DNA of 64,000 nt from Guillardia theta CCMP2712 (GCF_000315625.1 NW_005434665.1:783741-847740); one strand, 5' to 3'. Counted from the first letter of the stretch, positions 14,376-26,781 are shown. Numbers and translations are program-made. The notes: generated by a model from the sequence alone, not told the origin.

Positions 14376-16581
14376 TTATCCTCAGCAGCCCGAGAGCTTC
14401 ACCTTCTTGCCTGAGCTCTTGGTCACGCTCAGCGTCGTGAAGGACTCAGCGCTGGTGGGATGGATGCCGACGAGCTCGTCGAGGTCCCTCTTGCACGCCC
14501 TCAGCTTGACCGCCAGCGCGAAGCCCTGGATGATCTCTCCTGCGTTGTCCCCGACGATGTGCATGCCGATGATCCGCTCCTGCTCGGAGGGGAGCACGAT
14601 CACCTGCAACCCCCGTCAGCTTCCTCTCCCTCTCCCTCCTCTTCTTCGCCACCTTGAGGAAGCATGCTGTCTCCTTGCGCGCCGCCCTTGGCTGCAACTC
14701 CATCATTGGGAGCGCCCACTCGAGCGGCCTATAGAGGTTGTGGTAGACTTCGATCTTGTCCTTGCCGTAGGTCTTGATCGCCTCCTCCTCGCTCATCCCG
14801 ACGCATCCGTACTGCCAGCAGCGTCAGCATCGCACCCGCCCGCAGGACAAGATGCCTCGAGAGGGGTGAAGACTGTCGTGGGGACGCCAAGGTAGTCCAT
14901 CTTCCTTCTTGAGTTGCCGAACAGACGATCAGCAAGGAGCTGACCAGCCTGGATGGCAACGGGAGTAAGCTCAGGACGACCGTCAAGTACGTCCCCGATG
15001 GCAAAGATGTGCTCGCAAGTCGTCTGCTCTGTGTCTCCGATACCCTCCCCGACCCCGACGATCTTCTCAGACTTGCTCTCGACCTTCACGCCCGCTTTGT
15101 CGAGGTCCAGCTGCTTCGTTAGCGCGTACCTGCAACACAGGCAGGTAAGGAGACGACTTGCACGTCGACAGGAGCGTCAGACCTGCCAATGGCGAGGAGG
15201 ACTGTATCGAACACGTCCTGCTTCATCTCGCCCTTGTCATCGGTGTAATGGACTTTCACCTGCTTGCCAACCCTCTCGAACTTCTTGGGCAGGCATCCCC
15301 GCCAGATGTCAACCCCGTCCTTCTGCATGTAGTCCACTACAAGCTGCGCACACTGCTGGTCGAACCCGCGCAGCGGAATCGACCGCATCATGACTGTGGA
15401 AGAGAATCCGATGGCGTGCAAGAAGCCGGCACACTCAAGAGCTACGTAGGAGGCTCCGACCACGAGAGTTCGGCCTGGCGGTTCCTTGAGAGAGAACAAG
15501 TCGTCACTCGTTACGCAACACTCCCTGTCTCCTTCAACATCAAGATACTTGGGTCTGCCTCCCACCGAGATCACAAATGCTGCTGCTGTCTTCTTCTCGA
15601 TTCGCCCTTGGGCATCCCTGAGTTCGACGGTGTGGGCATCTATGAAGCGAGCTTTGCTGTTCCAATACTCGACGTTTGCTGACCTCAGCTCGTTCCTGGT
15701 TACCGACAGGTTACAACGTCGCTAGAGAGCACGAAAAACAAGCACGTGCAAGACAATTGTGTGCGGAGAGAAGACATGGAGTTTGGGGTCAGGGTAGCAG
15801 GGAGGGAGGGAGGCAGGAGGAGACTGGTCAGACCTGTATCCGAAGTTCAAGCTTCCGATGTAGTTCTGGACGTTGTCGACAAGCGTCTCCCATGAGTGTT
15901 GGACATCGTCGGGGCATGCAAACCCGAAGCTCTTCGCGTCCAAGATCGCCTCGTGGATCAGCCCCGCTCGATGCATCAGCTTCTTGGGGATGCAGCCAAC
16001 GTTGACACACGTTCCTCCCAGTCCCCATGACGTCCCCTTGGGCGTCGGGTCCACATAGTCGCACACCGCTACCTGTAAACTGCATCAGTCGCATGATGCG
16101 AAAGAGGTACAATGGTCGGCTCTGCGACCTTTGCGCCATGGCTGGCCGCCTGCTTCGAGCATGCAAGGCCTCCCGACCCTCCGCCGATGACGATCAGATC
16201 ATATTCGTAGGGATGAGAAGCAAAGTTGATATGGTTTTCCGCTACCACGACAGTCTCAGTGTTTGGGGACCCTCGCGGAGCAGGGGAGCTCGATTGCATG
16301 AAGGCACGTGATCGCTTCGCTCGCATCTCGGAAACATCCTCTGCATAGATCTCGCTCTGCAGCCCTTCCTCCTCGAACTCTCCGGCCGCCTTCTCCATCG
16401 CCATCTGAAGCCGGACCAAGGCATTGCCTCCCCCACGAAGTCTTGCCAGCCTCGCCGCAGGCATCGCAGGGGGGCAAGGCGTGAGCTCGGCGAGGGAAGG
16501 GGCAACGAGAAGTAGCGATGCTGCAGCGAAGAGGAGAGGAGAGGAGAGCCAGGCTCTCATGCTGCAAGCGCTCCCCTTCAT
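14376..16581 (-). CDS. TXNRD: High-Mr (animal-type) thioredoxin reductase, selenoprotein with C-terminal Gly-Cys-Sec-Gly and N-terminal signal peptide
   Basis: [59 protein letters not shown]. The end reads GGC TGC TGA GGA TAA (TGA at 14382-14384), with a SECIS downstream. Confidence 0.95.
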
Positions 16582-16772
16582 TCCTCCTCCTCGTTAGGCT
16601 TGTCCTCTGTTTTCCCTTTCCCCTTTTTTCTTCTTACATTTTTCGAGCCCGCCTCAAGGTTTCCCTTTTAGCCTCCTGCAGGCTCCTTTGGGCTCCTGCT
16701 CCTCCTGCTCTTCCTGCTCCTCCTGCTCCTCCTCCTGCCCCATCGCTCCTCTCTCCCCTGACGATCAGGGCC

Positions 16773-18109
16773 ATGCCTGCGCCCACGTTCGAGGAGGTTG
16801 ATCGTGAGGCAGAGGAGTGCGGCTCCTGACTTGTTTCTGCAGGTTGAGGGGTTGGGCATGACGTCATCGCAAGCCATCATCGCGTTTCTCCTTGCTGCCT
16901 GGTTAGCGGTGATGTACTGTATCCTGGACAGGAGAATGGGTGAGAGCATGTTGAGGTTAAGCGGGCAAGGTGACTTCGTGGGCTTGCAGGAAACAGCAGC
17001 CAGGAGAATATGTACAGACTGCTGGAGCAGATGGAGAAGATGAAGGAGCAGGGGTTGCTGGACGAGAGCGACATGGAGGTCCTGCGAGCGCAGAAGAAGA
17101 CGAACTAGCAGTTTGATTGAAGGGAGTCTGAGGACAAGGAGGAAGCGAAAGATGTCTTCAGACGAACAGAAGAACCCCGAGCAACAAAAGGCAAGTAAGG
17201 ACGACGGGAGAGTGCGAGCAGGCGCTAATGGCCTGGAACCATTGTGGCCAACCTCCGTCAAGTACCTCAAAGTGATCCTTTGCAGACCCTTGCCCGTTGT
17301 GTGATGTTGCTGAGCTCAGGAGAACGACTGGGATGAGATCTCGGGCAGTGAACGAGAATGGTTCTGTGTAACAAGACTGCAAGGAGTGCAGGTATGATCG
17401 CGCATCGTCATCAAACGCAAGCATGCGGAGTCCGGTGCGAGGAACAGAGGCTGAGCGCCACTGGGCAGGTCCGTTTCATCCACCATGATGGGCACCCTTG
17501 CAAGGGACAGCGGGGGTTGTTTGCCATCCGGTACATGCGCAGGTGTTTGCCAATGACCGCTGAGCGTCAATCCTTCAGAGTATGGGAGCCTTTTGAAGTC
17601 TTGGGAGAATACTGTGGAGTGGTGAAGGTTCCGAATGATCAGGAAGCAAGACAGTGTGACAGTGACTATGCTGTAGCAGTCTACAAAGTAACACTCATTC
17701 ACTTTGATAGCCCATATCTTGTCACCTGTTGATCTGAAACGTTGTTTGCATCGCAATTGCGCACCCTCTGCGGTCTCAGTCTGCAACATGGACGCCATTC
17801 ATTGATGCTTCTCGAGCAGGAAATGAAACCAGATTCATCAACGACTTCCGAGGTCTCATCGAGTGTTCCCCATCCCACGTCTCTGCTGACTTGTTGCCAG
17901 GAGTGGCAGGCAGCCCGAACTGCAAGTTTTCGCAGGTTCCTTCTCTTCAGTCTGTTTGTCACCTCCTTTATGAACTTGCCGCCCTCCAGTCTCACGTGGG
18001 AGGGAGGCCTGCGATCCTTGTGGTTATCACAAGGCAAGTGAAAGAGGAGGAGGAGCTCCTGGTCGACTACGGCGACGTCTACTGGGCGGGGTCGACATAC
18101 CGCGAGTAG
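16773..18109 (+). CDS. SET-domain protein with N-terminal hydrophobic segment
   Basis: Spliced exons give GQRGLFA, VLGEYCGVV, IDASRAGNETRFINDFR, PNCKF and EEELLVDYGDVYW, which are SET motifs. Confidence 0.85.
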
Positions 18110-18156
18110 TGATGGGTTTTAATATCAGTCAGAGGTTCGCATATTTTTCACATGGT

Positions 18157-19942
18157 CTAAGAGTCGGAGTCCGATGATTCGATGATGCCCACCTTGCTGC
18201 CCGATGCTGCCGTCGGGGTCGGGGCCGGTGATTCATCCGAGGACGACGACGACATAATGCTTTCGTTTCTCCTCGGAGTTGATTGAGAATCGTCATTCTG
18301 CTGGCTCTCCCCTCGCTTCTCCCTCTCCGCTTCTTGATTTCCATCTGCCAAGCTCTCCCGTCCCAGATCAATTCGCTTCTGTTTCAGGGCCTCCTGCTCC
18401 TCCTCAGATAGCTTCCGAAGCTGCGAGAAAGAATCACAATAAATCATCACATCGGGGTTCAACAAGAGCAGAAAACACAACAAGATGCAACAAGACAGAA
18501 GGGTGCTTCACCGTTTGAACTGCTTTCAAGTACGACGGGAATCTCTCCTTCAACCTGCGAGAAATCCTGTCTGGACCGTCGAGATCCCTGCAGAAGCAAA
18601 CTTCAGCATTGCAGTGGAAGAGAGCATAACGAAGGAAGCTCACATGATTGCCGAATGGGTGAGAATGTCTTTGCGCTTTCTAAGATAGGTTCGATTGTGA
18701 AGCGGATGATAAAATGCACATCCCGAATTCTCCCCAGTTTTCTCCACGAAGGCCACAACGAAGTGGTCATCATGCCACTCCTCCTGGTACATTCGTGCCT
18801 GAGAAGATCAAAGGATGAGTAGAAAGCTACAACAGCCGAACGGAAACACTCACCTCATTCTCGCAATACTCTCGAAGACAATTGAACTCGGTGACTTTTT
18901 CGTCCTCATCTTCATCCATCTCATCATCGGCATCATCACCCCGCTGTGGAGCAGCAACCACATTCAGTCGGACGCATCGGTCAGGATACTTCACACTCAA
19001 CCTTCGCCATCTTCTTCCGTCGTTTGCTTTCAGGAGCAGGCAGCATGTAAGCAAACGTACGATCATTCGCCTGCAGATAGTTAGACTGGAGACAGCCGAG
19101 TGTACGATTACATGCTGCATCGAGCGCCCAATGTTGATGAAGGCCGTTGATGCCAAAGTTGCGCGATCTGCCATTGAAGTATTCGCTGCCTTCGGGTCGT
19201 CCAAGGTAGGATCTTGGTCGAAAACAAGCTCGGTATAATCGTTGGGCCAGCACTTGGTATCCGGTAGGATCTCCCAAACCTTGGTGGCCACGAGATCCGG
19301 GTTTGTTGGATGTTTGAGGTCTTCGAGCTTTCGGGACAGTTCGAAGGATTTCTCGATCTTCTCTGCCAGCTGCTTCGGCGTGAGCTCCTGAACGTCCTCT
19401 TGGATGGGAACAGGCAGTTGAACTTGGGGTTTGTGACCTTGCTGATAGTCATACAAATCCTCATTGCCATAGTACGCAGTCTTGTGCAGCCAAGGCACAT
19501 TAGGCCTCTCCTTGATATTGATGCGAAGGTTGGACCTGTTTGTTTCGACCTTCTCCCCTTCAAGAAGATATTTATCCTCTGGAAGCAGCGGGGCGCCGTT
19601 TGACGGCGGCTCGTAAGTTTCCGGTTCGATAAGATCGATGTGTATCCCCAGGTTCGGCTCCGTGAGCAGGCTGTACTTGAAGTTCTTCTCCAGGGACGTG
19701 AACGAGTACGAAGTCAGCTTCTTTACATCCATCTGGCTCGCCAGGAACTTGGGCTCGAAGGGTAGCTCAGGAAGGTCGTTCCTGAACTTCATCTTAGAGA
19801 TGAAGGTGTCGGCTCTGGACCTCTTGGTGAGCAGCGAGTGATCCTCTGCTAAGTTGATCGGCGCTGCATCGCCCTTGTTCGGCGCCTTCCTGCTGTCCTG
19901 CCCAGGCTGCCGCGCGTGCGACGACGTCGGCCGGGCTGCCAT
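18157..19942 (-). CDS. PAF1: RNA polymerase II-associated factor 1
   Basis: FISKMKFRNDLPELPFEPKFL, TSLEK..LLTEPNLGIHIDLI, IEKSFE..KHPTNPDL..WEILPD, FDQDP; acidic tail. Confidence 0.88.
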
Positions 19943-20307
19943 TCCTCGTCCACACGTCCGTTACCGCTGTAACGGAGTATTTGGATCGAGCGGAACCGGT
20001 TCAAATCGGCTCGAATCGATTTGAGACTTCAATGCGGCATGGGCAGCGCTAATGATGGGGGAGGGAGGGAGGGAGGGAAGGAAGGAGGGGCGTAGAGATG
20101 ATGAAAATGGAGGAATAGAGAGAGAGAGGAAGGGAAGGGAAGGGAAGGGGAGAGGAGAGGAGGGAGGCCAACAGATAGCAGGAGAGGCTGAGAACTTAGT
20201 TATGCTCCGTTGCTGTGTGCTATTGCCTGCACCACTCGGATTTCAGGTAGACCTCCTGTGCAGAGATTGCTGAAATTCTGTTCCCCTAGCGGCTGAGCAT
20301 CTTGAAC

Positions 20308-21986
20308 ATGAACAGAGAAGAGCTGCCCCAGGTTTGTATGAGTTCTGTACTCCTACGACTCCGACCACTAGGATTTGATTCATGGTGCTGCAGGGCGTAC
20401 AAAACCTTGGCTCAGAGCAGATCATCTTATGGAAAGACACGAAGAAATGGGTTGAAGAGGTGGCAAAGAGGCTGAAGTACAACAATGTCCAGGTGGACGA
20501 TGTTCATCTTCCTGTTCGTGTATGATTCTCATCATCGTTTCTCAGGTTGCCAGACTAACAGGACTACCCACCGACGCATTCGACGCATGGTATTCAGGCG
20601 CGGCGCCTGAGGTAAAGATTACCACACTCTTGAGACAATGGATCAAGAAGATCGTGGATCAAAACGCCAACAAGCATCAGCCCGCATCAGACTTGCAGAA
20701 GCAGCAGCAATCTCCGATGCAACAGAACTTCGCTGGGGCCTCGGGGAAGTCACAGCAGGTAGCGTGACCTTCTTGCGAGATGCTGCGGTCTCACATCCTG
20801 CAGCTTTTTCGTCCACAGCAAAATGTCTCCTCCCAGTATCAGGGGAACAAGCCCGGTCAGGTACCGCAGCTGCGAGCGGGCGTTACCTTTCCTGACCTCC
20901 ACTCCTTCAAACCAGGTGGGACGCGGTGGCCAGATGCTCCCTGGCGGGACAGGGATGTTCGGTGATAGTGCAGGAGCTCTCTCTGTGGATGCTTCAGCGA
21001 AGGTTTCCTCCGAGCTCATGCAGGCTATCTCAGGATACTACAACGATTACCTCTTTCCTGACCCCACCCGTGATGAGCTGCCGCCCTTCCCGAGGATTCA
21101 AGCGCCGGTGGAGTACGTGGAAGCCAAACCTCCGCCAGACTGGTCGCCTGATAATTTCTTTCCCTCCTCCGACAGCGCTGCCGAAAAGTTGGTCCCCATC
21201 CGCCTTGAGATCCATGCGGACGGTCGTTCGCTAAGGGATGTAGTGATATGGAAGATCAGCGAGAATAACGGGAAGGGAGACGTGATTACGCCGGAACAGT
21301 TTGCAAGGCACCTCTGTGAAGACACGGATCTCCCGCCAACCTTCGAACCTCTCATCGTCAACCAGATGAATGACCAGATCAATGACTTCCTCTACCACGG
21401 GGCATCGGAGGAATCCGTGCAAGGGTGCATTGACGAGGATTCGTACGGCAACTCCACCGAAAGATTGCACAAGATCAAGATCGATGTGAGAGTGAACGAT
21501 TTCGTCTTGGAAGACCAATTCCTTTGGGACCTCAAGAGTCCGAACAGCGATGTGGACTTCTTCGTGGATCAATATTGCAATGACCTGCAGCTGCCTTCCG
21601 ATCTGCGGGGATTAATAGCCCACAAGATTCGTGAAAAGATTTTCGAGTCCAGGAAAAAGATCCGCCAAGGGAGGGATGCAGGCATTATGAGGAGCATCCG
21701 GATAAGATGGCGTGAGAGTGACAAGCGGGAATGGGGTCCCAACACGCAGGTGACAAGCCCAGTGGCTGCTGCTGTTGCCAGTCTGTGACGACCTTGCCGC
21801 GCTTGCAGTGGCTCACAGTGAAGGAGCGTGAGATGCTGGATCGGAATTCAAAGAAGCAGAGGAGAATGCCGGGTTGATCTCTCCCTTTGTTTGTGGCTGT
21901 TAATTGACTGCACGTGGAATACCACAGATGTGAAGCCCCGACCCTTCATGAACAACATGAATATGCCTGTGTTACCGAGATACTAG
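20308..21986 (+). CDS. SNF5: SNF5/SMARCB1-family chromatin remodelling subunit
   Basis: Repeat 1: LVPIRLEI..LRDVVIW..ITPEQFARHLCEDTDLP. Repeat 2: IKIDVRVNDFVLEDQFLWDL..FVDQYCNDLQL..IAHKIRE. Then EWGP. Confidence 0.88.
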
Positions 21987-22799
21987 CTGTTAAAACCTAC
22001 GAACTACAACGATGTACTAGCTGTTTCAAAAGAGGAAGTGATGATAACTAACTGAGGTCCGATCGGCCGAGGCTGGCCCGGCTTCGCCCGACGACGAAAT
22101 ACGGGAGGCGGCCTGCAGCGGAGGCGGCCCGGGGAGTCGGAGTCCGACGGAGTCCCGGCGGGACCGTACTGGGAAGAGTACGGTCGGAGCAGCTTGATCT
22201 TCTTTACTCAAAGCTTGATCAGAGCTGAGACGGTCGGACTGAGTAAAGGACTGAGCGTCAGAGTCACGCTTCCGCGAGTCAAGTGCATATCCTTTACGCA
22301 AAGTAAAGCATATCATAATCAAAAATAGAAAATGAGAAGGTTGCCATCATATCCGTATCTACTAGACAAGTTCCACATACAGCCTGATTAGTCATCTTCT
22401 TTCCTAGGTACTAAAGTTTACTTACTTGGTGGATTCGGGACTGTAAGGCTTCGGAAGTAAAAACATCCGGACCAGCATGCGACCACCTCCTGATACGGAT
22501 ACGTGAGGGGTGGGTCCAGAGGGGGCAGGGAGGGGGTCCGACCTTGATATTGATATTACCATGTCGCCGAGTAGGGTAGGTGGGGGAACATATCAGTGCA
22601 TTTGTAGTAAGGTCCTAGCTGTGTCCTAGCCAGGGTACAGCGCGTGTAGGACCCTAAGAAGCTAGGACCTCTAGAGCACAATATGGACCCTAAGTGATAC
22701 CCTCGAGGTCCTAGGAAACGAATCAATCGGGGACCATTATAAACACGGAACATATCAGCGGAAGAAAGCAAAGAAAGGACGACGGCAGGGAAGAAGTCA

Positions 22800-23453
22800 G
22801 TGAGGAGATCAGGCCCCCTGGAGGAGGTAGGCTTCAGTCTCCGAGTCACCCGCCTTTCCGAGCCATCGCCAGAGCCCGTCAGCAACAAGGACGGAGGAAG
22901 ACTCTTCTCAGGGACTGCGAGAGAAGGCTATTTTTCTGAGGCAGGAAAGGAGGAAATGAAGCTCATCAATGATGAGGCGTTTCAGCAGATTCTTCTGTCT
23001 CAGGCGGTAAACATGAAGAGTTCTAAATCGACTCCCACAGTTAAGGAAGATGTCAACGTGAAGGAATATTTCCATCATTGGTTCATGATCAGCAAGTTTA
23101 TGAAGTCCTGCAACAATTGCAAAATTGCTGTGAGGCAAAAGAAAACATTTATCCGAGCCGAGAAATCCCGCGATGGCTCAGAAGTGACATATTTCTGTCC
23201 CCCTTTTCCGTGGCAAAGGCAGAAAAGAATATGGGAGTCTTTTGACAAGAAGAGCATGCTCAAGACCAAGATGGATCCTGGGAGCTCGATCCGATTGGAT
23301 GGATTTTCCGCTGGAAGAACGCCGGAACAAGAACAAGGACAACTCAAGTCTGCCCGAGGTCGTCGAGCCCTGTCCCTTCCCGACATCAGTCACATTCATG
23401 TATCCAGCAAACCTCCCCTGGCTCAAATCAACAGTGGCGAGCTGATTCGTTGA
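22800..23453 (+). CDS. Hypothetical basic protein; start uncertain
   Basis: 217-codon open frame with no recognised motif. Confidence 0.45.
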   Translation: MRRSGPLEEVGFSLRVTRLSEPSPEPVSNKDGGRLFSGTAREGYFSEAGKEEMKLINDEAFQQILLSQAVNMKSSKSTPTVKEDVNVKEYFHHWFMISKFMKSCNNCKIAVRQKKTFIRAEKSRDGSEVTYFCPPFPWQRQKRIWESFDKKSMLKTKMDPGSSIRLDGFSAGRTPEQEQGQLKSARGRRALSLPDISHIHVSSKPPLAQINSGELIR

Positions 23454-23639
23454 TGAAGGATAAACTGATGATTGACTTCACCTGTAATGTAGATGGCACG
23501 CTCGAGGACACAACGAAATTTTGCGATTGGAATTGCCGTGAATGAACTTGAGAATTTATTGGAGGTTTGTAAACTTATCGTCGCATCCAATTCAGTGTAT
23601 TTCCCAAATAAAGTTCAGATGTGCCTATCCCCGAGGCAG

Positions 23640-25423
23640 CATCTGCTTCATGCGTCCGCTTTTTCTGACTCCTGGAGCTTTACTGGCCTGACGAGATACA
23701 TGGGATCTTCTGCATTCATGGCCTTCATGGCAAGCCTGAACAAAGACTGCAAAATATGCATGTTAGCTGCACACTAAGTATCCTCTGACTGCATACCCGC
23801 TTCCTGGAGTAAGTGAATGTCGGATTCAAATTGAGGGCAGCAGCAATCTCCTGTACGAAGGAACAAAAATGTAGATTCAGGCCTTGTGAGTCAGCATCCT
23901 TCTTCCGCGTACCTTGCCGTACTCGATCCACTCGTCGTCCATCTTATGCCCTTGATCCTTCAGACGCTGAATCTGGATGAGGTAAACAAGCAAAGTTACG
24001 AGTCTTGTGGATGCTCAGAGTCATTCGCAGACCTCGGCATCCGCATCTAGGCACGTGAATGCATCTTCCTGTGGAGGGATTGGTTTCTTGATTGCTAGGA
24101 AATTGTTAAATCGGAGACTCAGGTTGGTGGTCATACTTTCGCGTATAGCAACCTCACATTCGATCGCCTCTGTTTGATCCTAGGACATAGTCAAGATTCC
24201 ACAAAACCGCATCCCACACACACACCTCAGAATAGAGATAGTAGGACTGTTCCACTCCCTTCCTTTGCTCGGCCTTCGGCGTCCTCTGTGATACAGCATG
24301 TTTTGGAGCATGATCTATGACATGAGAGTAAGGAAGGGCCAAGAACTAACGAAGGCAGCGATCACCTGCTGCAGAATCTCTCATTTGCTGAGTGTCACTC
24401 ATGATGTCGGTAACGACGGCCTTGGCTGCTTGCACGGACCTGCAAGAGAGATTTGAGCTTACTTCTGACTTCACACAGGAGTTGCAATATACTTGGAGTC
24501 ACCAACAATGATGATCTCTCTTTGTGCATTGCCATCCTCGTCTTCTGTCCCTGGCCTACGAACCAGAAATGGTAACCGAAAACTCAAAATCTTTGAAAGC
24601 AGTCTGAAAGACGATACTTGTTCTGCAAGAAGAGCTTAGCATTCGTATCACTTTGTATCTTCTTGATATTAGCTCCTCCCCGTCCGATGATGGCAGAGGC
24701 CACGGCGTTGGAAACGTCAAAAATTTCCTTCTCCAATCTCACGGCCGGCGCCGATGCCTTAGCTGCGACCACATCATCAATTCGCTTCTTGGCGGCTTGA
24801 ATGTTTTCTGCAGGTGCTCCATACAAGACAATCTCGACATGCTCCTGTTGCTCAACAGCATCACACACTCTCATTCGCACTCCAGTATCCTCTGTGAGCT
24901 TTCGAACGTTGACCCCTCCTCTGCCAATCAGGAAAGGGAGTACGCTCTTTGGAACTTCAAGCTTAACAATGCCCTTGATACTCTCCAAAATCATTTCCTT
25001 AGCCCTCGCCACGTTTTCGGCGCTTCCACGGATCTCAATATCTCTCTCGGCGCCATCGTAATGCTTTGACAAGTAGATGATGGTTTTGGTGGCCGCGGTT
25101 ATTCTGTTGATGTTCTCTCTTTTGTTTCCTATGATGAGGAAGCTGAATTCCTTTTCAACTTTCAATATTTCCTTCACCTTGGCTTCCTTTGAAGTGGACT
25201 TCTTCTTCTCTGCCTTCTCAGGGTTGGGGGGAAGTTCAGAGGTGCTGAACCTTCTAATGCAGGCAACCCGGGGAGTCTGGCCCCTCCAGGCCTCCTCTGC
25301 CATCGAACTTGCACGGCCACACCAGACGGGCGATGAAAAGCTCAACAAATTTCTGCTCCTCCCCGCCAGACTCCCCGCCATCTTCGACACCAGGCCCCCA
25401 CCTACCCGCAGCATTCCGCGCAT
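23640..25423 (-). CDS. Multi-KH-domain RNA-binding protein with mitochondrial-type presequence; 3' end approximate
   Basis: Arg/Ser-rich, acid-poor leader ending IRRFSTS. Three KH repeats: IIGNKRENI, LIGRGGVNVRKL, IIGRGGANIKKIQ. Further small exons downstream. Confidence 0.8.
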
Positions 25424-25660
25424 GAGCCACCGCGGTCGAGGTTTTAGTCAACAAAAGGGTTTAGGTAAAAGGGTTTTTGCTGTGGCCCTCATCCCTCCTC
25501 TTGACATCTGCGGGTGGCGGGAAAGAAAGCAGCAGCAGCGGGCAGGATTCAGCGGCATTCGTCCTCCTCCCTCTTCCTCTTCCTCCTCCGCCCCCGCCTC
25601 CAGCTCCTCCTCCTCCTGCAGCTCCTCCTCCTCCTTCTCTTACTGCCTACAACTTCGTCA

Positions 25661-26662
25661 ATGTCTACTGGTTCGCAGGTATGTCTGTCGGTTCGCTGGT
25701 GCCCTTTGCACTTCTATTCTTGTTGTCGTTTTTTTGATGAATCTCCCCTCTTTCTTGCTCCGTCCTCATTGGGTCCAGGTCAACGTCGCATCTCTCCCCA
25801 TCGACCAGCTTCAAGCGCTGAGGGAGCAGCTGCAGGTGACGACGTTGAGGAGACACCCTTGCATGTTGGGCTGACGCAACAGTAGGAGGAAGATCGTTTC
25901 CTGACGAACTCCTACTCCCAGTTGAAGGTGATCTCACTTGCTGGTCCTGTCTGCACATGTTCACTTCATCGCTCAGATCGCTCAGAACAAGTTTGTCGAC
26001 TCTCGTGAGGCCCTCAAGGTCATCACACCGGAGAACATTGACAAGGTAACCTTGATCATCATTTGTTTCGTTTTGTCATCATTTGTTTCGTTTTGTTTCG
26101 TTTTGTCCTCCTTTCCCTTCAGGACATTCTCGTTCCGATGACATCGTCGCTGTATGTCAAGGTGCCCCTTGACCGTCATATCGTATGCCACATGACACGT
26201 GGACCTCAGGGATCTCTGGCCAAGACGGACACTGTCCTTGTCGACATTGGGACAGGCACAGTCTACTGGGGACGGACAGGAAGTGACCTGCGCTTCAGGT
26301 TATTATGTGGAGAAGACTCCAGAGGAAGCAGACGACTACTTGAAGCGCAAGGTCTCGTTGCCTGAACATCACTGCTATCCTCCTCTTCCTCCCTCTCATC
26401 CTTCTTCTTCTTCCCTCCCTTCGCGCCTCCCGCTCCACCTCACCTTTCCTCTTTCTGACCCCTTGTCCAGATTTCATACCTTGGTGACAACTGTGAAAAG
26501 CTGGAATCAAATATCTCTGAGAAGCGCAAGAACATCGAGGCCGTCACGATGGTATTGCAGGTGTCCCAAGTCTCCGTCGGCCGTGTGGACCACTGACCCC
26601 TTTCACAGGCTCGGATCAGGGCGATGAACGAGCAAGCGCAGCCTGGTGCGAAGAGCTCGTAG
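25661..26662 (+). CDS. PFDN5: Prefoldin subunit 5 (alpha type)
   Basis: Spliced exons give LPIDQLQALREQL, ILVPMTSSLYV, VLVDIGTGYYVEKT..ADDYLKRK. Confidence 0.92.
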
Positions 26663-26781
26663 GGAGTGAAGAGCAGAACTTTCAACGATCAATTATCGAC
26701 ATTCATTGCTTCATAAACATTCTCGAGGAATGACTATCGTCATCGTTCCGTTTACATTTTCTCTGCTTCGCCCCGCACATC

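Noticed and set aside
16773-21986. SET, PAF1 and SNF5 as a chromatin gene cluster
   Set aside because: Three adjacent genes in mixed orientation are compatible with chance, and the sequence gives no evidence of co-regulation.
21981-22025. 11-bp direct repeat TACTAGCTGTT at the SNF5 stop as a target-site duplication
   Set aside because: Only about 23 nt lie between the copies and there are no element features.
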